Assembly: GCA_965368975.1 (NCBI GenBank)
Contig: CBDUPA010000008.1
Location: 160,001-224,000 of the forward strand
Length of the DNA: 64,000 nt
Direction: 5' to 3'
Source: an uncultured bacterium
GTDB taxonomy: Bacteria; Acidobacteriota; Thermoanaerobaculia; Multivoradales; JAHZIX01
Shown here piece after piece: positions 1 through 7,856 of this stretch (position 1 is the first letter of the stretch; each line of letters opens with the position of its first letter). The notes beneath the pieces are model-generated. The model was not told where the DNA came from. It searched no databases and saw nothing but the letters and a program-made list of their open reading frames with translations. Made by a program: the position numbers and the translations under genes.

Positions 1-2
1 TC

Positions 3-110
3 CATCCCATGGACGGCAAGAACTGGAATCCTCCAGTCCTGGTGGGAGACATCCTGCTGCTGCGCAACGATCGCGAAGCGGCGGCGTTCCGACTGCCGCT
101 AGAGAAGTGA
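3..110 (+). CDS. 3' end of a PQQ-like beta-propeller repeat protein (partial, runs off the window start)
   Basis: Manual translation HPMDGKNWNPPVLVGDILLLRNDREAAAFRLPLEK*; resembles the GKxWNxPV..L..RN C-terminus of BamB/PQQ-like propeller proteins. Confidence 0.6.
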   Translation, partial: HPMDGKNWNPPVLVGDILLLRNDREAAAFRLPLEK

Positions 111-127
111 GCCGCTGCCGGGACTCG

Positions 128-1345
128 CTACGCGTCGATTCCAGAAGGAGCTGACGCCCGCAGGCCCTCGTTCAGAAAAGCCAGCTGCAGGCGCATTTGG
201 TCGTCGAGTGGCATCGGCACCACGCCGTGCGCAGCCAGGTCGGCACGGAAGGCTGCCGCGTCGGTCGCTTGGCGCCGTCGCTGGTGCAGCCAGAGCTTGA
301 AGCGTGCCATGCCCTCGGTGCCGGTCGGATCCGGCATCTCCAGGGTGGACTTGTCGGGCTCGTTGCTAGCGGGGACTGGTGCCGGCAAGAGAAAGAGCGG
401 CATCTCGCTGACCAGCGTCAAGGGATCGGGTACTGAGGTCTCAGCGCCGAGGGCGCGCACGAATTCCATCGAGCTGGGACGGAAACGCGCCGCCAGCTCG
501 GGCTCGCCGCGGGCTTCGAAGTGGGTCCGCATGGCGCGCGAATCGGGACGTGTGCAGAAGCCTTCCTCAATGCGGAAAAAGCCCTTCTCGCCGCCACGAT
601 CGACATCGTGCAGACGATAGCCGAGGTTCTCGACCGTCTCGCGCAGGCGCCGGCGCAACTCGAGGGTACGGTCGGGACCGGGTTCGTCGATCACCCGCAT
701 GCCGGCCCATGTCGCTTCGACGAGAAACCAGGGGCCGGCGGCGAAGGCCATGCCGTGGAAGCTGGCGTGCAGGGCGAAGGGGCCGTGCGCCTCCGCCGAG
801 GTACGCAGAAAGCTGGCGATCGCACGGTTCTCCGGTCGCGCGCGAGTATCGATCGCGGAGCTGGGGAAGCCGAACTCGACGTCGTCACCGGGTAGCTCGC
901 GGATGGCCCCGTCGAGGTAGGCGTTCAGATCGTAGCCGCGGCGTAGGTCGTTCTTCGCTGCAGGCAGCAATGCCTCGCGCCAAGCTGCGTTGGCCGCGTC
1001 GCCGTCTGGGTTCGCATGCGGTACCAAGCACCAACTCACCTTCGTGAGTTCGGGGGCGTCTGCCGGCAGCGACGCCAGGTAGGCAACCAGACGTTCGAGC
1101 ATTGCCGGGCCGACCGGCTCGTCGGCGTGGCAGCCGGCAATCAGACTGACGCGCAGGAGACCCGTACCGAGGTGCCAGCCGAAGATCGGACGTCCCTGCC
1201 TGGACTCGCCGAGTTGCTGCTGTCCGCGAGAAGGCAGGGCGTCGAGCGGCTGGTACAGTGGCGTCGACGCCGTGGTCGTAAGGATGCGTTCGACATCGAG
1301 TGTCGGCAGCTCCAAGTCGCTCCCGCTGGTCCCGTGTCCCTTCAT
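128..1345 (-). CDS. M14-family zinc carboxypeptidase-like protein
   Basis: HADEP (HxxE), NPDG and SFHG motifs plus a late Glu (VSEMP); ATG at 1345 overlaps the upstream stop (ATGA). Confidence 0.75.
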   Translation of the reverse strand: MKGHGTSGSDLELPTLDVERILTTTASTPLYQPLDALPSRGQQQLGESRQGRPIFGWHLGTGLLRVSLIAGCHADEPVGPAMLERLVAYLASLPADAPELTKVSWCLVPHANPDGDAANAAWREALLPAAKNDLRRGYDLNAYLDGAIRELPGDDVEFGFPSSAIDTRARPENRAIASFLRTSAEAHGPFALHASFHGMAFAAGPWFLVEATWAGMRVIDEPGPDRTLELRRRLRETVENLGYRLHDVDRGGEKGFFRIEEGFCTRPDSRAMRTHFEARGEPELAARFRPSSMEFVRALGAETSVPDPLTLVSEMPLFLLPAPVPASNEPDKSTLEMPDPTGTEGMARFKLWLHQRRRQATDAAAFRADLAAHGVVPMPLDDQMRLQLAFLNEGLRASAPSGIDA

Positions 1346-2250
1346 GAGGCTGTCTCGGCGCCGCGAGTGTGGAAGAAGTCGAGCAACTCGGCGTTGACCG
1401 CTTCGGCCTCCTCGTGCTGCAGCCAATGCGTCGCCTCCTCGAACCGGCGGGCGCTGCCATCGTCGCACAGCTGCAAGCTGGGCTCGATCATCTCGTGACC
1501 CAGAAAGCGATCCTGGACGCCCCACAGCATGCGCACAGGAACCTGAATCCGAGGGCTGCCCCCGCGTTCCGGTGGATGTCGCATCGACGCCCGATACCAG
1601 TTGATCATGCCGCGCAGGGCCCCCGGCTGCGCCCAGGCCTGACGGTACAGGTCGATCTCGTCCGTGGAGAACGTGCCCTTGCGCGAGGTGAAGCGGAGTG
1701 CCAGGTCTCCGATGCGAAAGTTCTTGCGCCGATAGTAGAATTCCGGCAGCCAGGGCAGTTGGAAGAAGAAGATGTACCAGCTCTTCTTCATCTGCGCCCA
1801 GGTCGAGAGCATGAACTTGCGCATCACGAGTGGATGCGGCACGTTGAGCACCGTTAGCCCGTGAAGGCGCTCCGGATGCCGCAGCGCCATGAACCAGGCG
1901 ATCACCGCACCCCAGTCGTGGCCGACCAGGTGGAACCGCTCGCAGCCCAGTGCGTCGACCAGGCCGAGGATGTCCATGGCGAGGAGGTCCATGTTGTAGT
2001 CGCGCGCGCGTCGCGGCTTGTCCGAAGTGTTGTAGCCCCGCTGGTCGGGTACCAGAACTCGGTATCCGGCCGCAGCCAGTGGCCCGATCTGCTTGCGCCA
2101 GCCGTACCAGAACTCGGGAAACCCGTGCAGCAGCACCACCAGCTCGCCATCCTCCGGACCGGCCTCGACAGCGTGCAGCTCGATGCCGTTGGTGGCCATG
2201 CGGCGGTGACGCAGGTCGGGGACATCGGGGAGGGTGAGGTCGTTGTTCAT
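1342..2250 (-). CDS. Alpha/beta hydrolase, epoxide hydrolase-like
   Basis: HGFPE oxyanion motif, GHDWG nucleophile Asp, Tyr motifs WYIFFFQ and NWYRA, catalytic His in ATHW. Confidence 0.9.
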   Translation of the reverse strand: MNNDLTLPDVPDLRHRRMATNGIELHAVEAGPEDGELVVLLHGFPEFWYGWRKQIGPLAAAGYRVLVPDQRGYNTSDKPRRARDYNMDLLAMDILGLVDALGCERFHLVGHDWGAVIAWFMALRHPERLHGLTVLNVPHPLVMRKFMLSTWAQMKKSWYIFFFQLPWLPEFYYRRKNFRIGDLALRFTSRKGTFSTDEIDLYRQAWAQPGALRGMINWYRASMRHPPERGGSPRIQVPVRMLWGVQDRFLGHEMIEPSLQLCDDGSARRFEEATHWLQHEEAEAVNAELLDFFHTRGAETAS

Positions 2251-2592
2251 CGGGAGCCTAGGACGCTTTGTTGAGTAGGGTGTGAAATCGGATGATACTT
2301 GGTGATATTAGCCCAGGCGAATCGAAGGTAGGGTAAGTAGATCGATGCTGTGTTTACGTTCACATTAAAGCGCGATGATGTGGGCGGCTAGCTGGAGAAG
2401 AGGTCTTAGCGATTGTAGTTCTGTTAATAGCATTCCTCCATTTCTCATGGTGGTAGTTTAGTACTAAAAGCAGCATGGGGAGCGGACCGTTCGTAGCAAC
2501 GTCTCGAACGTCAGTCCCTAGGCAGTTAACCTCTCTTGAGGGTGGCCCAATGGATCTTTCCCGGCTGAGGCCAGGACAGCCGTATGGTCGTG

Positions 2593-2601
2593 TGTTAGAA
2601 T
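2593..2601 (+). promoter_or_regulatory. Extended -10 element for tRNA-Phe
   Basis: TGtTAGAAT about 20 nt upstream of the tRNA. Confidence 0.4.
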
Positions 2602-2621
2602 CACATTCAGAATGATTCTTA

Positions 2622-2697
2622 GCCCAGGTAGCTCAGGTGGTAGAGCACCTGACTGAAAATCAGGGTGTCGGCGGTTCAACTCCGCCCCTGGGCACCA
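2622..2697 (+). tRNA. tRNA-Phe (GAA)
   Basis: 76 nt; acceptor stem GCCCAGG/CCTGGGC, anticodon arm CCTGA-CTGAAAA-TCAGG, T-loop GGTTCAACTCC, encoded CCA. Confidence 0.97.
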
Positions 2698-2775
2698 GCT
2701 TTATTCTGGGAAGTGCTTCATGCCGAAAAGGGGTCGTACGACCTAATAACCGCCAGCGCGAATGGAGTTTATTGA

Positions 2776-5154
2776 GTGCATAAGGCGATGCGTTATATCG
2801 ATAGAGTTGCCTCGGCGGAGGTTCCTCGGAGATTCCGTGATGTCCATCTATTGATCGGAGGTACAGGTGCGGTAGGTGGTGAGACTCTCATCAAGATGTT
2901 GCGAGTCTATGCGGACATGGCTCGCTATCATGGGCTCCATCCTGAAGAGCAGGGCGGCCCAGTCCTTGTGGCGACCGGTAGAGCAAAGGATAGTGCTGGC
3001 AATCCTCTCCCGGAACTGAAACGTTTCCGGAGACGCCTTGGAACTCTGGCTCAAGCTGAGTTTGGTGCATCGATATCCAGACAGGGAGATACCATAAGAA
3101 TGCCAACTGGTGCACTCGTCGTGCTCCTGGATTTCAACTTTCGAATCTTGGGCAACTTGTCGAAGGCAATTCGGCACGGTGATGAGCCCTTGGAGCAGTA
3201 CCTGGCTCATCGGAAGCAAGACGAGGGTTCTCTAGTACATGGACTCCGAGCCGACATCCGGCAAGAGGCACCTTGGATGGACCTTCTGCACACGGTGAGA
3301 AAAGTTTTGGATGGTTGGTCTTTCGAGAAGTTCCGTTCGGTTCAGATCGGTATACCTATCCCGAGCCTTTTAGCTTATCACGTGGATGCTATTGAATACC
3401 TTCTGGCCCGGGACTTGATCACTGAGCAGGATGGAGCCGACCTAAAGTCAGAAGTCCGGCGCCAATTAGTCGAGCAATTATCGAAGGTTCGAGGTGAAGC
3501 TGAAGCGGTAATCGTTGCTCACACAACGGCTGTAGGTGGTATGTATGATGTGACTCAGCAAGGAGATAAGCGGATCCGTCTCGGGTTTGCCCACGCCGCA
3601 CGAGATGAGCATCTCCAAGAGAAGCACCAGCAAGCTCAGGACATCTCATCCCTCTATGCCGAAGCTGGTATCTGGAATCTAGTTACGGCAGCAGCTATTG
3701 GAATTGATGATGTCCGCGTAGACAAGCCGTTAGCGATGGCGCAGGCGATGCGGCGAGCCCTAGGGCTTGCAGATGCAGAACCTTTCCCCGCGGCTAAGCA
3801 GGCCCGCTATCTTCACATCTATCCTCCTGCCAGACTTACGCTGACTTCGCACGGCAGTCAGATTCGACTACGATTCGACCGGATGTCGCGAGGGCGCGAG
3901 TTTAGACCAAGCTTGGCGCTGCGGAGCGGAGAGAATGGATACTTGTCACCAGCAAATGCTGAAGCATTATATAGAGTGATGAGGGTGGCATCTCCGAGTG
4001 AACTTGGTGCTGTTCTGGCGGTGGTAGGGAGCCTAGGGGATGATCCTGTGTTTCCGTGGTTTAGGTCCGACGAGATTTCCGGCTCGGCGAGTTGTTATTA
4101 CAGGGAAAGTGATAATTCAAGATTCGTTTTCGATTTTCTCGCTCAACCGCACGTTCGTTCCTTGCAACTGACCGGAATGGAGCCGCAGGCGCTTGTCGAC
4201 CTTGGTTCTGCTAAGCATCAAGCTGAACTTCATACTCTTGGATTGCTGATTCTGCTACATCGCCTGAGAACTCTCGACTTGGATGCGATTCCTTCATTGA
4301 TTTCACCAGACAAATTCGACCCCATTTCTTTCTTTGAAGAGAAATCCCGACCATTGTTGTTTGAAGATGTTCAGGGTTGGGATATAGAGAGATTGGCGGA
4401 GGATCTCAGGATTCTGGTGCTGACCGACGCACCAGCGGACTTGACCGCTCTCAAAGACTTTCGAGCTAGAGAACAAGAACGCTTAGCTCCAAAGCGTGTA
4501 AAGGTCCGAGATATTTTGTTTGAAGCAATCATTAACTCCGTTCGTGCTGTTACCTCTCTCGGTTCTCCAATCGTCCTTGAAGATCCTGCTGGAAGTGCGT
4601 TTGTTCGCTGTGGCTGGTGGATTGGCCCACTATCAATTATTGCTGAAACTGAAGATTCGATCAGATCGTGGTTTCAGCGTCGTGTGGAGCAACTGAAAGT
4701 AGAAGGAAACGAAGTTCTCTACGAGGAAGTGATGGCACATCATTTTGCGGTCAATGGCTTCATAGACCTTAGACCGCACGGTATTGTCGCTTGTTCGCGG
4801 GATGATCGGGGAGCTAGAGATAACGTTCGAAGCACCAAAGACGCACGGGAGTTCCGTAGACTGGTGAATAACTTTTTACCTTATCAGGCTTTCTCGACTT
4901 GCGGTCTGCTGGCGGTGCTTGAGCGGCTTAAGGGTTTGGCAGACTACTTGCAGATGGCTCAGCTGAAGCTCGGGACGCACTTCGATAGCGCTTGGTCGAT
5001 GCCTCGAGATAAGCATGGTCATGCCTTAGTTGTTCCTGGAATCGTGGAGGCATTCCGTATGGTATCTGAGGGTCTGGAGAAGTCTACGGGGACAGAAATG
5101 CTTGATGGCTATTGGGGGTACCATTCGTTGGGTAGGTACCCGAAGAATGGTTAG
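2776..5154 (+). CDS. Large hypothetical protein with an N-terminal Rossmann-like motif
   Basis: 792-aa ORF; HLLIGGTGAVGG glycine-rich loop after a beta strand; GGAG upstream of the GTG. Confidence 0.75.
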   Translation: MHKAMRYIDRVASAEVPRRFRDVHLLIGGTGAVGGETLIKMLRVYADMARYHGLHPEEQGGPVLVATGRAKDSAGNPLPELKRFRRRLGTLAQAEFGASISRQGDTIRMPTGALVVLLDFNFRILGNLSKAIRHGDEPLEQYLAHRKQDEGSLVHGLRADIRQEAPWMDLLHTVRKVLDGWSFEKFRSVQIGIPIPSLLAYHVDAIEYLLARDLITEQDGADLKSEVRRQLVEQLSKVRGEAEAVIVAHTTAVGGMYDVTQQGDKRIRLGFAHAARDEHLQEKHQQAQDISSLYAEAGIWNLVTAAAIGIDDVRVDKPLAMAQAMRRALGLADAEPFPAAKQARYLHIYPPARLTLTSHGSQIRLRFDRMSRGREFRPSLALRSGENGYLSPANAEALYRVMRVASPSELGAVLAVVGSLGDDPVFPWFRSDEISGSASCYYRESDNSRFVFDFLAQPHVRSLQLTGMEPQALVDLGSAKHQAELHTLGLLILLHRLRTLDLDAIPSLISPDKFDPISFFEEKSRPLLFEDVQGWDIERLAEDLRILVLTDAPADLTALKDFRAREQERLAPKRVKVRDILFEAIINSVRAVTSLGSPIVLEDPAGSAFVRCGWWIGPLSIIAETEDSIRSWFQRRVEQLKVEGNEVLYEEVMAHHFAVNGFIDLRPHGIVACSRDDRGARDNVRSTKDAREFRRLVNNFLPYQAFSTCGLLAVLERLKGLADYLQMAQLKLGTHFDSAWSMPRDKHGHALVVPGIVEAFRMVSEGLEKSTGTEMLDGYWGYHSLGRYPKNG

Positions 5155-5328
5155 AAGGACATTCTCAGTACTTTCTGGCGAGACCTGCGAGGGCCAGTAG
5201 TAATCGAGGGAGTGATATGGTAGGATTAAGAGAATGCTTTGCGAGCTGTGCCGCTCGTTCAATGATTTAATGCCTTGCTGTTGCCCGGAGATGATGGCCT
5301 TGGTCTGTTAAAGGAAATTGAGGTAATT

Positions 5329-6174
5329 ATGTCTAAAGAAAGAGCATGGAAAGAGCGAGCTGATAATGTGCCCGCAGTCCTGATGGTGATTGCAGCTGCT
5401 GCCGCATTAGTGTATCAATTATTTGAGAAGACAGGTTGGTTGCCCGTGTTTGGACAGCCAATTGATGTCCTACTATTCCTGGTTGCCTTGCTTACAGCTG
5501 CAACTGGCCTCCAGAAGATCTTCCATCTTCAGTATATAAGTGATTCAATTGAAAATATTGAATCCAACTCGCGCAATGCTTCAAGTGAGGCTGCATCGAG
5601 TCGTGAGAATATCCTAAGAGCATTGGAAAAAATTGAAGGGCTCGAAGAGAAGCTAGTATCAGATGTTAAAAAAATTACACATGCTGAGATATTGCTTGAC
5701 AAGCAGAGGATTGAGGATGCCGCCATAGAAATTATTAAAAACTGTGCCAACTCAGATAATATTAAGGCGACGGCTCAATACTTGGCGCCTTCGACCGGGG
5801 CTGGTTCTGGCGGCCTCTCAGAAAGATACTACCGGGCTATTGCAAAGAAGATTTCACTCGCCCAACAGGCAGGAGTTGAGATGATTTACAAAGTGATACT
5901 GCCTGCATCGCCGCAAGATAGGCGTGAGTCTGCAGTTGGAAAAAGGAAAGATATTTTTGAGCAATTTAATGTATCCGATAAGATGAATATAAGATTTTCA
6001 AATGTCAGCTGGCCGATTGAAATTCTCATTGCTGGAGAATGTATGATTTTAGCATTTTCGGGTCGGGACGGGTTGAAATATAATGTGGGTCTGCGAGTTT
6101 CTGATTCGAAATTTATAGAGCACATGAGGGATTGGTACCTAGAGACGGCTTGGAATGACGCGTCCAGCGAGTAG
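5329..6174 (+). CDS. Hypothetical membrane protein (2 TM, coiled coil, alpha/beta C-terminal domain)
   Basis: GAGGT RBS before ATG 5329; two hydrophobic segments, a heptad-rich linker, and a C-terminal region ending in FIEHMRDWYLETAW. Confidence 0.75.
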   Translation: MSKERAWKERADNVPAVLMVIAAAAALVYQLFEKTGWLPVFGQPIDVLLFLVALLTAATGLQKIFHLQYISDSIENIESNSRNASSEAASSRENILRALEKIEGLEEKLVSDVKKITHAEILLDKQRIEDAAIEIIKNCANSDNIKATAQYLAPSTGAGSGGLSERYYRAIAKKISLAQQAGVEMIYKVILPASPQDRRESAVGKRKDIFEQFNVSDKMNIRFSNVSWPIEILIAGECMILAFSGRDGLKYNVGLRVSDSKFIEHMRDWYLETAWNDASSE

Positions 6175-6228
6175 GTATGCAGGTTTACAAGCGGCAGGCA
6201 GGAGCTGTCTCTGTCTGTACCGGACTAT

Positions 6229-7086
6229 TCAGTTCCGTGGCCACCGTGGAAAGAATGTGCTCGTTTTCTGGATGTACTTCCTGTACGCCGGCCGACGCTC
6301 TCCAATGTCTTTCTCTAGCATCGAGACGCCGGAGACCTTGAGTAGGAACAGGGACATGACGATCGGGCTGAGGATTGTCTGCCAGCCTCCAGGGGTACCG
6401 CAGGCGATGAGGAAGAAGCCCCACCAGACGCAGAAGTCACCGAAGTAGTTGGGGTGGCGGGTGTAGCGCCAGAGGCCGGTGTCGAGAACTTGACCCTTGT
6501 TCGCCGGATCGGCCTTGAAACGTGCCAGTTGCCAGTCGCCAACGGTTTCGAAGAACAGGCCGACGGCGAACAGGGCGATGCCGGCCCAATCTAGCCAGTC
6601 GAGGGCCAGCCAGTCCAGGGCTAGCCAGCCCGGCTCTATTCCTGCTGCGTTCTGCTGGCCGAACTGCAGCGGGAACGATATGAACCACAACAGGACGGCC
6701 TGGAACCAGAAGATCACGAAGAGAGACTTCCACTGGAAGCTCTTGCCGCGTTTGGCGCGCATGCGCGCGTAGCGGTAGTCCTCCTCGTTTTCCTTCAGGT
6801 TGCGCCACAGCAGGTAGCCGCCCAAGCGCAGGCCCCAAACGACCGGCAGGACGAGCAGGAGCAGGCGCCGCGCTGGAAGCTCGTCTTCGAAGCCTCCGAG
6901 ATAGAAGAAGCTGACGCTGGCGACGAGGACGAAGCCGAGGCCCCAGAAGGGGTCGACGATCGAGACGTCGGTGCGCACCAGGCTGACCAGCCAGACCAGG
7001 GTCATCATGCCCAGGATGGCGGCCAGGGTGGTCAGCAGGAGGGTAGTGGTCGGATTGAAGGTAACGGCGGTGAGGTAGCTGAGCAT
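6229..7086 (-). CDS. DUF1295 / steroid 5-alpha-reductase-like membrane protein
   Basis: SIVDPFWG, EDYRY and GLWRYTRHPNYFGD motifs; multiple TM segments. Confidence 0.88.
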   Translation of the reverse strand: MLSYLTAVTFNPTTTLLLTTLAAILGMMTLVWLVSLVRTDVSIVDPFWGLGFVLVASVSFFYLGGFEDELPARRLLLLVLPVVWGLRLGGYLLWRNLKENEEDYRYARMRAKRGKSFQWKSLFVIFWFQAVLLWFISFPLQFGQQNAAGIEPGWLALDWLALDWLDWAGIALFAVGLFFETVGDWQLARFKADPANKGQVLDTGLWRYTRHPNYFGDFCVWWGFFLIACGTPGGWQTILSPIVMSLFLLKVSGVSMLEKDIGERRPAYRKYIQKTSTFFPRWPRN

Positions 7087-7091
7087 CCTGC

Positions 7092-7736
7092 TCAGGGTTT
7101 TCGTTGCCAGCTGCCGTCCGGTTTCTGAATCCAGTCACCGGAGCGAGCTTTCTCGCGCAGGGTCTCGGCATAGGTGGTGCGGATCTGCGGCAGGGTGGAG
7201 GGATCGGCGCCGGTGGCGGCGGCGATCTCCTTGAACATTTGCTCGCGATCCTTGTTCTCCGCCTTGACCAGGCGCTGGACCTCGGCGCGACGTGGCAGTG
7301 GCAGCTGGTCGAGAGAGCGGATGTCCAGCAGCGCCTTGTTGTTCTCTCCCAGCACGCCTTGGGCCTTGAGTTCGTTGATCTCCCGCAAGCGCTGGCCGCG
7401 CGACTCGATGATCTTGCGAATCGCAGGGTTGGAGATCTCAGGGTTGGCGACCTGCTCCTGGGCTTGGCTCTGTGCCTGGATTGGGGTGCTGACCAGCGGC
7501 ATGGTGCTCAGGTGGTGCAGCAGCCAGCCGACGGTGGAGACATCGCCCTCCTCGGCCGCCTCGGTTTCCGGCATGGCACCGTCGTCGCTCGCCGCCTCTT
7601 CGGCGACCGCGTCTTCGATACGCTGGCTGAGGTCTTTGACCTGGGCTTCCGGGAAGTAGACGTTGATGGTGACGCAGGCCAGCAGGCCGAGAACGGCGCA
7701 GCTGGCGATCAGGGCGAAGAGGGAAGATCGGCGCAT
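7092..7736 (-). CDS. YdbL/DUF1318 family lipoprotein with YnbE-like N-terminus
   Basis: Lipobox-like LLAC followed by VTINVYFPEA; GVLGENNKALL, ENKDR and GDWIQ..DGSW motifs; AGGAG RBS. Confidence 0.8.
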   Translation of the reverse strand: MRRSSLFALIASCAVLGLLACVTINVYFPEAQVKDLSQRIEDAVAEEAASDDGAMPETEAAEEGDVSTVGWLLHHLSTMPLVSTPIQAQSQAQEQVANPEISNPAIRKIIESRGQRLREINELKAQGVLGENNKALLDIRSLDQLPLPRRAEVQRLVKAENKDREQMFKEIAAATGADPSTLPQIRTTYAETLREKARSGDWIQKPDGSWQRKP

Positions 7737-7856
7737 GGGGAAGGCTCCTGTGAGGTTCGAGTCTGTGGGCACGAGCGAAGGCGGGCACGTGCCGCCTCAG
7801 TCTAGCAGCACGCTCTGCCGACTGGCCCTGCGGTGGGCGGCGGATCTCGGCGAGTT

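Larger units (their letters stand above)
2700..6200. mobile_element. Putative horizontally acquired islet downstream of tRNA-Phe (no integrase or att repeat seen)
   Basis: Abrupt, visible fall in GC and many A/T-ending codons relative to the flanks; tRNA-adjacent. Confidence 0.5.

Noticed and set aside
2622-6230. Complete integrative element or prophage at tRNA-Phe
   Set aside because: No integrase, transposase or phage gene, and I saw no duplicated tRNA 3' end
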